Assembly: GCA_044892525.1 (NCBI GenBank) | Contig: CM097886.1 | Coordinates: forward strand, 82,398,001 to 82,462,000 | DNA from: Schmidtea polychroa | Taxonomy: Eukaryota | Reading direction: 5' to 3' | DNA: 64,000 nt | Made by a program: the position numbers and the translations under genes | Shown: positions 13,565 through 27,584 of the stretch, in pieces | How the letters are laid out: each line of letters begins with the position of its first letter | Position numbering within the stretch: the first letter of the stretch is position 1 | The notes under the pieces: model-generated | Databases searched by the model: none | Told to the model about the DNA's origin: nothing | Seen by the model: the letters and a program-made list of their open reading frames with translations, nothing else

Positions 13565-13850
13565 GAAGGCTTATTGAAATGGTGCTAAAATCAACTGAGT
13601 GAATATTTTAACATCTCAAATCTAAAATTTTAGTACTTCTTGGAAAAATGGTTTGACATTTAAACCAGATCTTATAAACTATCATTGTTTAGATTCTAGT
13701 CAAGTTTTTTATAATATTTAAAAAAGCTTTTAAAACTGCAGAAATACATTTTGAAATTCCATCTTTACTCGATGCAAAAGACATAGAAATCTGTGAATCT
13801 CCTGAAAGATTGAGTATTATTACTTATGTCTCTCAGTTTTATAATTGTTA
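13565..13850 (+). pseudogene. Calponin-homology domain fragment (MICAL-like/EHBP1 type)
   Basis: GLLKWC*...SWKNGLTF...PDLINY...AFKTAE...IPSLLDAKDI...PERLSIITYVSQFYNC*, with stops and deletions. Confidence 0.6.
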
Positions 13851-14339
13851 AAAGAAAAGAGAACCATCACAACAGGCCGTATAATGATAATTATCACCCT
13901 CTTCAAGAAGTAACAAGTTCACAGTTATACCATCAATAACTTTGAATCCATATACAATATCAAGATGGGGGTGATGTGGCACGTAAGTATCATCATTATT
14001 ACTGCCGTCATCTATAATAGTTATATGTTTGTATGAAAAAACGCCTATAGCAAGGTTTAGATGAAGATTTTCCCTCTCAAATTGGAATCGGAAACAAATA
14101 TTATAAAATCAATACAGAACAAAAAAATCCGAAGTTGTTCTCCTAAATTCAATCTACAGAATATAATTAGATTATTCATTATTACTAATGCAGAACAAAA
14201 TAGTTCGAATACAAAATAATCAGAAGCGGTTCTCAGTCAATCTTCCCATAGAATATAATTGTCCAGCCATTATACTGCCAATTTTACAAAGTATTTATTC
14301 TTATTTGTTAATAAAGTTTGTAATTTTGTTTTAGAGTTA

Positions 14340-14530
14340 TTTTCATTTGTTTTAATAAACAAGCACCCCAACTGTCCCGAGACAGTAATTTTTACAGGTG
14401 ATTCGGTTGGGTTAAACAAACTTCTAAACTAGCAATCACAATCGCCATACATAACAACTATAATATGATGACATTAGAGCATGGGATTTGGAGTTATGGC
14501 CGATTCCTGATACACAGTATGGAGGATATA
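14340..14530. repeat. Fragment homologous to 50140-50330
   Basis: Shares caagcac(c/t)cca(a/g)ctgtcccgagacagta(a/c)tttt plus weaker downstream similarity. Confidence 0.55.
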
Positions 14531-14576
14531 AAGAACCTGATAAATATATAAAATATTACGATATAAAAGTCGTAGT

Positions 14577-14620
<44 letters not shown>
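14577..14620. repeat. Compound (TA)n(GA)n microsatellite
   Basis: Directly visible. Confidence 0.95.
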
Positions 14621-14622
<2 letters not shown>

Positions 14623-15727
14623 TTAGAATCAAGTCATTAGATAGATAGATAATTTTTGAACCGGGCATTTTAATAAAAAATTTTATTGAAACACGAAAAT
14701 AAATTTTTATTATTTCAAATAAATAACATACAAAATGGATTGCTTCTTAAAAAACAGGAATATTTTTTGAAAAGACAATGCAAATTTTAATTAAAAATTT
14801 TTAAAACTTTATTTTCTATTGCTCCGTGCTGCTTCTAAAAGCTTTTTATTTCCTGCTGCCATATCCCGAAATTTGTCGCATTTTATTTTTAAATTGTTAC
14901 AAATTAATAATTCGGCTTTAATATGATCAGGTAAAAATAAAACGCGTTGTACAGAATAAAATCAAGAAGAAGAGACGTGTTAATACCTACAATAATTTCG
15001 CGGTTAATTTGAAATTATTTTAAATTAACCGCGTAATAAATTAATATAGTTAACCCGATTTAAAATATCTTTTAACAAATAAATTATTTAGTTGACGACA
15101 AATCGAAGGGCAGTCCAATTCAGATACAACCCAAACATTTTTGGGTTTCGACTGGACACCCAGACGCACGTTTCAAAACCCGAACTGTCCGAGTGAAACC
15201 CGGATCAACAATATTGTTGAACTTCTAAATTATGCCATTTAAACTCTGATAAATTGCGCTTTTATGTAAGAGCGGTGCCCAAAATTTTTGTTACATAATG
15301 GTTAGGGTGAAAATTAACGAATTGGTAAAGGAAGATAAAAACATCTAATGTGTAACAAAAATAAAGGATTTTAATTAATATACAAATAAAGTTTATATTT
15401 AATAATATGTATTCTATGGTTAATTATTGAAATGGTTCAAAGTTTTACTAACTGAATAGCAACAAAAAATATTAAGATTTTTTATGTAAATAAAATTTTA
15501 AAATATCACGAAATTTTGCTTTAGAAAATGCAAATATTCAAAATCATATTCAAATTGACAAGAATCAACATTAGACTTATCCATACAATAATAAAAGAAG
15601 TAATCAATATGTACAAGCCAACTCATATGCAACACACACACACGTTCATCAAATTTGTGTGGCCAGATTTTGTGAGTGTGTGTTCACAATTTATTGTTAC
15701 AAAACAAAAGAGATCAGTCATTTTTTC

Positions 15728-17382
15728 ATGGCTTCAATGTTTCTTCAATCGTTTCTTCATTCGATAACGAGGAAACGATCGTTTTCTCAAAGCAAATCTC
15801 TCGAAACAAAACTTAATCGATGTCTTTCAACTTCTCAACTGATTTTCTATGGGATATCCCACATGATTGGTGCTGGAATATACGTATTAACCGGTCATCT
15901 TATCAAAGATAGAGTTGGATCAGCAACAAATTTGTCATTTTTATTTAGTGGTCTCATTTCAATTTTTACCGGATTATGCTACTGTGAATTTTCAACTCTT
16001 ATTCCCAAAGCCGGCTCATGTTACACATACACTTACTTGATGATGGGAGAGTTGCCAGCATTTATTGTAGGCTGGACAATGATTTTGGATTCAATTATTA
16101 GTTTAGCAAGTGTTTCCAAAGGTTTTAGTGGAGCTGTGAATATACTGTGTAATGATGCAGTAAAGAATTTCACCGATAAATATCTTCCGTTAACTAACAG
16201 TAGTGATTTCTGGGAGTCTTCCATCGACGTGGTGGCTTTTGCGTTACTATTTATATTATTCTTGATAACGTTAACCGGTGCAAACATTTCAATGAACATC
16301 AATTTAGTATTATCAACAATACAACTCATATTTTTAGCCGTTATAATTATTTCTTGTTTTGTTTATGGTAGTAATCAGAATTTTTTGTCTGGTGGAGGAT
16401 ATATGCCTTTTGGTTTTGGATCCATATTCCAAGGAGCTGGAATAGCGATATTTGCATATTCCGGCTTTGAATGTTTAGCGAATTCTGCTGAAGAAACAAA
16501 GAATCCTCGAAAAAGCATTCCTATTGCACTTTTTGTGTCGTTAGGAATTATTATTTTGCTTTATGTTTTGGCATCATCTGGTTTGTCATTTATGGTTCCA
16601 CGACTGCAGATCGATCAGAAAGCACCATTTATTGCTGCTTTTAGTAATAGAAATTTATTTGCTCTGAAATGGATTACCGGAATAGCAACTTTATTGGCAA
16701 CCGGTGCAACAAAACTGGCAGTATTTTTTGTAATTCCAAGAATGATTTACACAATGGCCCAGGATGGGCTTATTTTCAAATTTCTTAGAAAAATTGATGA
16801 CAGATCTAAAATTCCAATATACGCCGTTCTAGTCGGACTTTTCTTTTCTTCATTGCTTGCAATTTTTATTAAAATACAAGTTCTTGCCGATATCACATCA
16901 ATGGGAATTATTTTGTCTTTCATTATAATAGGAATTGATCTGATCATACTTCGATATGTTTTCGATGAAAACGTTGAAAACACTATTGATAATTCACAAA
17001 AACTACAAATGAGAATAAATACAAATTCAATAATTTGCACTAGAAAATTTTTCAAAATAAGTTTATTTTCATTAATTATCTCTATTATTTTTGCGGGGAT
17101 ATCAGTTTTATTTATTTTCCCATTATCTCAAATTACTGGAATATTTTTTTCAGCAATATTTCTTTTGCTAATATTAACATTTACAATCATTCTTTCTTTA
17201 TATGAACCAAAGGATGCAAAAGATTCATTTCAGGTCTTTTATTAATTTTTTACATAAAAATATTTTATTAATAATTATAGACCCCACTTATGCCATTGAC
17301 GCCAATTATCACAATTTCTCTAAATATGTGTCTTTTAATGAATCTGCCTGGGAATACATGGCTGAGGTTTTTAGTTTTAACC
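15728..17382 (+). CDS. Cationic amino-acid transporter (SLC7/CAT family, APC superfamily), paralogue 1; 3' end lost in gap
   Basis: Exon 1 is 15728-17233 (GISHMIGAGIYVLTG, CYCEF...PKAGSCYTYTY, FAYSGFE...AEETKNPRKSIP). A 47-nt GT-AG intron (17234-17280) is followed by exon 2 TPLMPLTP...TWLRF, which runs into the N gap. Confidence 0.9.
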
Positions 17383-17619
17383 NNNNNNNNNNNNNNNNNN
17401 NNNNNNNNNNNNNNNNNNNNNNNNNNNNNNNNNNNNNNNNNNNNNNNNNNNNNNNNNNNNNNNNNNNNNNNNNNNNNNNNNNNNNNNNNNNNNNNNNNNN
17501 NNNNNNNNNNNNNNNNNNNNNNNNNNNNNNNNNNNNNNNNNNNNNNNNNNNNNNNNNNNNNNNNNNNNNNNNNNNNNNNNNNNNNNNNNNACAGTAAATA
17601 TATCGATATTTTTGATATT

Positions 17620-17880
17620 CACGAATTTTCGGCACTGCTTTTTTTCAAGTGAATAAACATTTAAAACACTTGTTCTTGTTGATTTCCAACATGCCTGACA
17701 AAATGAGACCTGGACACAGACAATTTTGAGTCCTTCTAAACATGTAGACTGAAAGTCTAAGACTGGTGGTGTACAGCAAATGTGCAAAAGTTGCCCAAAA
17801 ATGACGAAATCATCAGACCCAAACTTTCAAAACATAATCTGTAGCAAACAGCCGTTGCAACATGTTTGACGTGATTTTGC
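17620..17880 (+). pseudogene. Possible piggyBac transposase C-terminal Cys-rich remnant
   Basis: QQMCKSCPKMTKS...IICSKQPLQH resembles the piggyBac cysteine-rich domain. Degenerate, and no TIR found. Confidence 0.3.
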
Positions 17881-18359
17881 ATAAAAATAAATTATTAGTC
17901 CAAATGTACAAAACCAATTATAAATTACAATAATATACTTTTATGTGAATGCTTCGGTGTAAAAATATAAAATATATTAAAGTCAAAATTTAAAGACATT
18001 ATTTTTATTTAATTTGTTTATGCTCCTTTTGTTTGAGCGCACATCAACCTTTCTAAACCCCTTTTACAGAGACTTTCTATCACATACTTATCAAATCACA
18101 AGTACACGAACTTTTGTTACCTTTTGCAATTTGCACTTTATGCAAACAAGTGTATACAGGTGTATACAGGTGTAATCTGAATTTGTGTAAAAATGTTATA
18201 TATTAAATCTTATGCATTTGAGAAGAGGTTTGGTCGCCTACTGACTGTCCACCGCATTTTAGAATTATTATTTATTATCACTACGTACAACCAAATTAAT
18301 TTCTATAATATATAATTATTTAATATAATAATATTATTATATATTTTAGTTATTATAAG

Positions 18360-19358
18360 CAGTGGCGTAACTAACATTTTTAAGGCACTTTGCAAAATTT
18401 GTTAAGGTCCCTATGGTTTTTGGGAAAAAGTAATTAGATTAAATTAAAATTAATTAAATTAAAAGTAATCATATAAAAAAATTATTGAACGCAAAAATAT
18501 ATTAAATTATTTATATAATAAGATTATTTAATTTTCATTTAATCGTATTCTTCTAGCTTTCATTTGAGCAAAGTCATTAATTATATCGTAATAATTAATA
18601 TCCTTTACGATGTTATACTCAATAGATATTATATTATGGCAAGATTGGATACTCTATCTTGTCTTATGGTAGATCTTAAATAGTTATTAATTGATTTTAA
18701 CTTGCTTAAACTTCTCTCACACGAAGCAATTGATACTGGGAATGTAAGGAATAATCGTATAGCAATACTGATGTTTGGATAAGATTCAATTAATCAAAAG
18801 TCATGCAGACATTGTAAAATTTCAAGAAGTGTTGCAGTTTTTTATATTAGAAGACCCTTCTCCGACTTCTGTGTATCTTTTCTCAGCCATTTTACAAGTT
18901 TTTGCGACATTGATTTACTTTCTTCAAGTTTTTGCTTCTTAAAATTTCTTTTTTGAGAGCCTGACAATGGTTTTTACATTATTGAGGTACAGAAATGTAA
19001 AAATAAATTATTTATTACTTAAATTATTTTATTATTTATTTAAGTTTACCTGTTTTTTAAAAATACTTTGGTTTGATAGAAAAAGATAACCGTTATATCA
19101 GATTCATGCAAATTGCATAAATTTTAGAGTTAATTACAAAGACACATTAATTATTGTTAAATATTTAAATATTATTGTTATTCAATACAATTATTCTATG
19201 TCTTACTGAGAATACAAATTGTCTTTTAAAATCTCAAATACAATTTTTGAAAAAAAAATTTTGTATAAATAATTCAATTAACAATTCCGTTATAGGGCGC
19301 CCTCGATCTGTGGTCCCTGTGCTAATGCACCTGTTGCACCTGCCTAGTTACGGCATTG
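18360..19358 (-). mobile_element. Internally deleted hAT element retaining a dimerisation-domain remnant
   Basis: TIRs CAGTGGCGTAACTA and TAGTTACGGCATTG (2 mismatches). ATTATAAG flanks both sides (one extra A on the right). Minus strand 18535-18830 encodes YPNISIAIRLFLTFPVSIASCERSLSKLK...YLRSTIRQDRVSNLA. Confidence 0.85.
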
Positions 19359-19624
19359 AATTATAAGTAGTCATTATCAAATTGAAAAATATCAATAAAA
19401 AATATAAATCAAAACTCAGTTTGATATAAATTGATTTTGCAAAGGATTTCCCATTGTGCCAATCAATAATAGTCAATGGGGAAATGAGTGTCGTAGATAA
19501 ATTTGTTCAATATTGCACACCAACTTTTCCTAGGAAATTATTTTTCACAAACACATAGAAACAATTCAGAGTGGAAAATTTATTTTACAATAAAACAATT
19601 TCAGTTTAAAATTCGAAATTGCCC

Positions 19625-22600
19625 ATGCTTTCACTAGTGAAAAATTATTACGGGTACGCAACTAGAAAACCAACTTTATCGAAAAGTAAATCACTTGACA
19701 CTAAACTTCACCGATGCCTTTCCACCTATCAATTGATATTTTATGGAATTTCTCATATGGTGGGAGCTGGAATTTATATACTAACTGGGCATATTATTAA
19801 GGAAAGAGTTGGTCCAGCTGCAAATTTATCATTTGCACTTAGTGGACTAATTTCAATTTTTACTGGACTATGCTACTGTGAGTTTGCTACTTTAATTCCA
19901 AAATCTGGATCCTGTTATACTTACACTTATCTGATGATGGGAGAATTACCCGCATTTATCATTGGTTGGACAATGATAATGGACTTAACTATTTCATTAT
20001 CAAGTATTTCCAAGGGATTTAGTGGAGCAGTAAATTTATTGTGCAATGATGCTGTGAAAAATTTTACTGACAGATATGTTCCTTTAACTCCTAAAAGTGA
20101 GATTTGGGATACGTCCGTAGATTTGATAGCAATGTCTTTACTATTTGCTTTGTTTTTACTTACACTAACGGGTGCAAATATTTCACTGAATATAAATGTA
20201 ATTTTAGCTCTTATACAATTAGTACTTTTGACAACGATAATTATTTCATGCTTTATCTATGGAAATAGTCAAAACTATGTTGCCGATGGTGGCTATCTAC
20301 CGTTTGGATTTGCTTCTATTTTTCAAGGAGCTGGAATAGCGATATTTGCATATTCTGGTTTTGAATGTCTCGCAAATTCTGCTGAAGAAACAAAGGAACC
20401 TAGAAAAAGCATTCCCATCGCTCTTTTTGTGTCGTTAGGTATAGTTATTTTGTTATACGTTTTAGCTTCAACTGGTTTGTCTTTTATGGTTCCACGGTTG
20501 CAAATAAATCAAAAAGCTCCTTTTATTTCAGCTTTTAATGGGAGGAATTTACTTGAGCTGAAATGGTTAACTGGCGCTGCTACTCTTTTAGCTACAGGCG
20601 CGTCAAAATTAGCAGCTATTTATGTTATTCCAAGAATGATTTATGCCATGGCAAAAGATGGGCTTTTGTTTAGATTCCTTGGCAAAGTTAATGAAAGTTC
20701 CCAAGTTCCAATAAATTCACTTGTAGTGGGGATATTATTTTCTACAATATTAGCCATGTTTGTTAGAATAGAGATTCTCGCTGATATAACATCAATGGGG
20801 ATTATTATTTCATTCGTAGTCATTGGAATAGATTTAATTATTTTACGATACCTTTATAATGAAGAATTAGAAGAAACAGAATCTAATGAATCTCAAAGTT
20901 TGGAAATGAGATTTACAGTACATTCAGGTTTAGCAAATCGTACTTGTTTTAAAGGGTTTTTGATTTGCCTTTTATTTTCAATTCTTTTTATGGGATTATC
21001 TGTTCTTTTACTGTATCCAATTCATTTTATATCAGGGATTATTTGTAGTGTGTTCTGTTTGATTATAATATTGGTAATGACCTCACTTCTTTCACTTTAC
21101 AAACCGATATCAATAAAAGATGCTTTTAAAGTAAGTGAAATGATTGTTTAAAACATCTTTGCAATTAATGAGTCTAGACTCCATTGATGCCTTTGACGCC
21201 AATTATAACAATCACTTTAAACATATGTCTTTTAATCAACCTTCCGGTCGGAACTTGGATTAGATTTTTAATTTGGATTTTGATTGGTAAGTTCAAACAA
21301 ATTATATAAATTAATTAGAAAATTATAAATTACAATTATTAATTATTAAATTGAATAGATTTTTAATTCAACTTTGAATGAACATTATAAATCATGAAGC
21401 TATTTTTACCAAATTTTTACTAAATATTTTTATAAACATTACAAGCTTTGTGAAACCCAGTGCCAATCCCAGTAGTAGACTAGTTTCGAGCTTTTGGCTC
21501 TTATCAGTACTAAAGCTCGAAACTAGTCTACTATTGGGATTTGCACTGGGTTTCACAAAGCTTTTAATGTTTATATTATTTTAATGTTAGACATCCGTAA
21601 GAAAAAAATTTACAACATTATAAATATTTTTCTTTTGATATTCAATACTTCAATTTTACATTTTCAATAGAAATATTAAATTAGTTTAATCAGTATTATT
21701 TTTTACAATTTAAAAATTTTTATTAACGGGGGGAGTCCGTAGGTTGGTACATGCTGACGAATTTGTAATTGTAATATTTATTTAGGGCATTTATTTCCGA
21801 AAATATTTAGGTTTTTCTGTATTGCACTTTTGCAATTATTGAAAATTATCTTTATGACCAAATGATACATAAAAATAATTTTCTTATTATTTTATCAAGA
21901 AATTCAATAAAATTAATTATTTTTCTGTTCACATTTGAGCAGTTTTTTTTTAATTTTAATTATTTTCATTTCTTTCTTAACAAAAATTTTGGTTCTTCCT
22001 TTTTTATTTGCTATATTTAGGGAAAAAGATTGGAAATTTTGTATTAAATAGGGAAAACATTGATTTATAGTCAAAATGTAGATAAATGAAATAAATTACT
22101 AATTTTATTGAGCATGGTGATGCATTTGAGAATAGTTTCGGTATTGAAAATGAGAAACAAATTAATGGATTAATTATGAAAGTGACAAACCTTGACGGCG
22201 CTTCGAACCAAAACAAGCATTATGTAGGTGCTTTAAAGCCTTATAGTTCCATTTATTTAGAATACGAATTCTTTAAGATGCTTACTCAAAATAATGAAGA
22301 TACTTCCTAATATCAAATATGGTTAAGTGTAGACCCTGCTCATATTTAAACATTATTGCACAAAAAGTTAGTCAATAAATAAATATTTATCAATATGCAT
22401 TTTTTTTGTGTTCACTCATTTTTATCTTCATTTATTTTCAGATTATTGATATTTTTATTTACTTGACACGAAATTTTTCTAAACACTGGAAAATTTGTAT
22501 CAAAAAATAAAAAAATAAAAAAATTTATTTATTGTCTAAAAATAAATGAAGGTAAAGGAAATTAAAAGTACAAATAGATTAATGGGGAAAAGAATTAAAT

Positions 22601-23646
22601 TTTTATCGTTCCAATTTTATTGTTTATATTTAAGTATTAATAATAAATATAAATAATAAGCCATTATTGATATACTGTTTTCCATACAAAATGGTTCCAA
22701 ACTTATTTGAAATTTAACACGGTATACGCGGTGATTAATTTTCATTAAGTAATCTAATTTTATTGAAAATATAAATTACAAAATTAAGGTTTAGTCATAT
22801 TACAGCAAACTTTGATTATATATTTTTATACTTGAAACTACGAATATTTTGAATAAATTTATTGTTTTTGAATTTTTAAGTATTAATGATAGCTTTGCTT
22901 GCCAAAGGGAAATAATTATAAATAGTTAAAAGCAAAATTGGAAAAATGTGTAGTTCTTAAATAATTTTTTTAAATCTTTAATATAAAAAAATATTATTAT
23001 ACACATGAGTTTAATTAAATATTTTTTTGTTATTTTTAAAATTATTTTTATAACACTTGACAGATTTAAATAGCGTGCTAAACATTAAAATTACTACAAA
23101 TATAACGTCTATTATTTCTTATTAAAAATCCTACCATTTTATTAAAGTATTAAGAGTAATAATAAATTTCAATATTGGTTTGATTCCATTTATAATTTGA
23201 GGTGCACTGTCAGGAATCATCATTTTTACTTTTATCCTTTTATATCTCAAATTAGTTCTGTTTTCATTTGCAACTTTATTTATTGTGTTAATTTATTTAT
23301 TAGCGAAATTTGTAATTTATTAGTTAATTATTTATTATTATTATTTTTATAATTATTATAATTATAATTTTTATTATTATTTTTCAAGAAATAGGATTTA
23401 TATTTTTTACCTACATTTACAAATTCATTTTTCTTGAAATTATTTTTAAATATTACTTTGACGTTTAATTTCCTTTTAAGTATTTTAATTAATTCTAAAA
23501 TAATATTATATTTATGGAATGTTTTAGGATTGATCATTTACTTTTTCTATGGAATTCCAAATAGCAGTTTATCGGAAAAGGTGGAAGAGAAAGCTGAGTT
23601 GATATTGATGGATAACAATAATGAAGAAACAACAGATAAAAAGTGA
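19625..23646 (+). CDS. Cationic amino-acid transporter (SLC7/CAT family), paralogue 2, 3 exons
   Basis: Exons 19625-21130, 21178-21286 and 23528-23646 (GLIIYFFYGIPNS...). Introns of 47 nt and ~2.2 kb, GT-AG, phases compatible. Confidence 0.9.
21431..21575. mobile_element. Foldback palindrome (family B) in transporter intron
   Basis: 64-bp arms (21431-21494 and 21512-21575) with about 3 mismatches and a 17-nt loop. TSD unclear. Confidence 0.7.
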
Positions 23647-24670
23647 TATACTATTTATTTTGTCAAATAAACATGTTATGGTGATTAAATTATTTATTTA
23701 AAATAAACGATTCAATTTTCATTTATTTTTGATCCTATTATGTTAAATTTTGGATATATTCACTTTTTTGTATTGAGCCTTATTGTTTCGTCCTCAACCT
23801 ATCAGTAAAGGATTAATTTCACTATCCTCTTCTGTCAGTTATGCGAAGTAATTAATGTGTCTCCATTGTTTATGTGATTTGAAGAAATTTCGAAGTATTA
23901 AAGAGTGTCATTTATTGCTGACAATTATGACGAATCAAGATTACATATAGTTAAGTTATCTACGAAACCGTTAAATGGTATAATGGGATGCAAGCCCGGT
24001 AAACGATTTAACCGGTTTATCGGTGTTACCGGTCAATTTGATTACCGAAATTACCGGTAATTTTTGTAATTTTTTAAAAATTATTTCAATACAATCCTTG
24101 TAAAATAACTTAACTATATTTTAAATTCATATCCGTTATCCAAATTCACCAATTAAAATTATAAGTCCTGAAAATTTGTTAATTTGAGGTCATAGTAGAA
24201 ATTGGTTTTAAATTGTGAAGTTACATTGAGTTCATTGTAATTCTGATATCTTATTTTAGATATTGGTTTAAGTATTTCATAATTGTGTTAAATTGTGGGC
24301 AGAGTGTCTTGAAATTATATTAAAGTTAGTTTAATGCTGTTGTCTTATTTTAAATATTGTTACTAGTATTTTAAAATAAGTATGTAGTAAGTATTTATTA
24401 TATTTTATTTTTTATTCACAAAACATTTTACAATAATATACAATTAAATTTAAAGCCATAGAGACTGCGAAAATAAGGAAGACTGTATGAGACCACTATA
24501 CTCGGAATGAAAAAGATAAGGCCAAATGCAACAATTGCAAAATAATATTGAAAGCTGGTGGAGGTTCAACTAGTGGATTACATGCTTATCTAAAGAGCCA
24601 GCACCAAGTAAATCTATTAAAACAGGCGGAAACAGATTCTTTCACACTAATTTCGTCTTCTCATCAAGAT

Positions 24671-27584
24671 TGTTAGACGCAATTAAATTCAAGTCTTCTT
24701 CAAGCATTTATTTTTATAACAACTTCAAAAATTGAGCCGGTTACTAGAATATTTAAACACCGAGGCGTGATAATTATTAATATTAATGTAATTACTGGTC
24801 ATACATTTAATTGATTTAATTTAATATAATTTAATATAATATGATATAATTTAATATAGAATTTAAATATACAAATTTAACAGAAATAATTATTTCTACT
24901 AACTGATCTCACTTCTACCATTTAACCATATTAATTTTATATAGAGATTTACTAACTCCTTACATCCCCCCTTCTTTAAAATGCTTTAACTTTTCTATAT
25001 TCCTCGTTATTTTTCTCCCGTTTTCGTCTGTTAATAAATAACTTCTTTCATGATTTCGTTTTATTACTGTGTATGGTCCTTCATATCTCTCGTGATCTTT
25101 GTTTCTAATTTCTTGTTTCACCAATACTTTGTCCCCCATTTCTAAGTTCCTAGTTGTGCCAATTTCTTTCGCTTGCTGTCTTTTAGCCTCTAATTTCCGC
25201 ATGATTTCATTTCTATCCACTTCATTATTACTATGCCATTGCGATCTATTAATCTTTCTTCCAAATATAATTTCTGCTGGACTCACTCCAGTAGTTTTTT
25301 GAGCTGTCGCATTTAAAACGTATTCTATATCAGGTATTAATTCTGCCCAGCTTTTTATAACTCCTTCTCTGAGTGACGCGTTAATATAGTCTCTTATAGT
25401 ACGAAATTGTCTTTCAATTACACCATTAGTATTATGATGATACGGACTCGAAAATATCAACTCAATTCCTGCTGCCTTTTCTAGTTCTTTAATGCTATTT
25501 GCTTCGAAATTTTTTCCACAATCAACATGTAGTTCCTTAGGGGCTCCAAATTTCAATATCCAATTATTTAACAAAACTGCCTTTATTGTATTTTCATCTT
25601 GCTTTCTAATAGGAGTTAGAGATATCTATTTACTGTAATGATCGATTATTGCACAAATATATTTTTCTCCTCTGAAGGTTTCTCTTAATGGACCGCAAAT
25701 ATCCATGTATATTTTCTCCATAGGTTCTGAAGCTTGAATTACTTGGGTTTTTTCTTTTGACTTTGTAGTTAAAACTTTGTTTTTCTGGCATGCTTCACAT
25801 ATTGAAATAGTATCTTTTACTTCATTTAGCAAATCTTCCATATCAAAATTGTTCCTAATATATTTCATAACTTTTTCTACTCCTGCGTGGCATAATAATA
25901 AATGTGTTTCCTTAATCATTTCTCGTCTTTTTGTTTCTGGTATCCATATTTTGTTTTGATTGGTATAGATAATATTTCCTTTTAACATATATTTATTATT
26001 TTTCCTTTCATTTATTTGATCTTTTATATCTTGTATTTCTGCATTATCTCTTTGCCATTCATTTCCATTATTTTCGGTCATCAATGTTAACAATCTAGTT
26101 TTTAATCGCCCTGATTTGGGGTTATCATGGTCCATCAAACATTGTACACATTTGTCGCATGTGTTTCTAGACAGCATATCTGCATTCGTATGCGCCGTAC
26201 ATTTTCTGAACTCCATTTTTATGTCTAAACTGCTCAAGTAATTTATCCACGTTTGGAACTGTGCTGTTATCGGCTTCTTTGTCGTTAACATAAAAGTTAT
26301 TGCTTTATGATCAGTGCGCAAAACAAACCGTTTACCGTATAAATAATGGTTGAAATGGCGACAGAAATAATATATAGCCAAAAGCTCTTTTCGTGTTATA
26401 CAATATCCTCTTTCATGGCTACTCATTGAATGGGATCCATATGCAATAACGTGTTCATGCCCCATTTCATCTCTTTGTGATAATAAAGCTCCAATTGTAT
26501 CAAAGCTTGCGTCTGTATCTAATATGAATTCTTTCTCGAAATCTGGAAATACGAGAATTGGCGCTGTAGTCAACGCCATTTTCATTTCTTCGAAAGCTTT
26601 CTCACATTCCTCAGTCCAGATTATTTTTTCACTATTGCTTAGTAGTGTGTATATATACCCAACCAACACAACCCTCCCAACTAAAACATACCTCCATTAT
26701 GCTTAAACCATTAGAAAAACAACATAAAACCTATGCTTTTAGGTTTTATGTTGTTTTTCCAATGGTTTAAGCGTAATGGAGGTATGTTTTTGTTGGGAGG
26801 GCTGTTTTGGTTGGGTATATATACACACTACTTTGCTTCCACATATGCTTTCTAGCGCTCTTGATTTTGTTGCATATTCCTTAATAAATCTCCGATAATA
26901 GTTACATATACCTAAAAAGCTTCTCAAATTCTTTATACACTTAGGCCTCTGAAATGATTTAATAGCCTCAATTTTACTTTGATCTGTCCGAATCCCCTGA
27001 CTGTTAATAATGTGCCCTAAAAACTTTACTTCGCTCTTTAATAACTGACATTTTTCTGGGTTGATTCTCAATTTAGCTTCCCTTATTTTCTCTAGAACTT
27101 TTCCAAACACATTGTAATGTTCTTCAATTGTTCTTGTAAAAATTAAAATATCGTCTAAATACACCATAACTCCTTCTTTCCATAGATCTTTCAATATTTT
27201 TGTCATTAATTCTTGGAATGTACCCGGTGCCGCCGCAATGCCAAAAGGCATTCTATTAAAACAAAATTGCCCTTCTTTAGTAGAAAATGCTGTCTTTTCT
27301 TGCGATTCTATGTCCAATTTCACCTGATAATAAGCGTTCCCAAGGTCTATAGAACTAAAGTACTTAGATCCATGTAATGTATCTAGAATTTCTTCTACAT
27401 TCGGCATAGGAAAAGCTTGTCTTTTAGTAATCTTATTAAGCTGTCTAAAATCTAAACAAAGTCTGATATCTTTTTTGTCTTTTTTCCACACGCATACTAA
27501 CGGCGTATTCCAAGGTGAATTGCATCTTCTTATGATATCATTATTTTCTAAATTTTTTATAGCAGCATTTACTAACTCCTTGCA
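24671..27584 (-). mobile_element. Gypsy/Ty3 LTR retrotransposon with a 5' internal deletion
   Basis: 5-bp TSD AAGAT (24666-24670 and 27585-27589). 3' LTR 24964->24671 (TGTAAG...CTAACA) preceded by the PPT AAAGAAGGGGGGA. RT (YLDDILI), RNase H (DTDAS...KELLAI) and integrase (H-C-CC zinc motif, LHVDCGKNF, NGVIER) follow in order. The 5' end keeps only ~18 nt of LTR (TGCAAGGAGTTAGTAAAT) fused to RT. Confidence 0.92.
26641..26832. mobile_element. 192-bp palindromic mini-element with AGTAGT...ACTACT ends and 6-bp TSD (Polinton-type MITE candidate)
   Basis: 93-bp arms with 5 mismatches and a 6-nt loop. TSD TTGCTT at 26635-26640 and 26833-26838. Removing 198 bp restores the Gypsy pol frame (ICGS-NSEKIIW). 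Confidence 0.85.

Noticed and set aside
22100-22310. Short open frame with HGDAFE...DGASNQNK, reminiscent of Sola-type DDE motifs
   Set aside because: Too short and degenerate, with no TIR or second motif to support a call.
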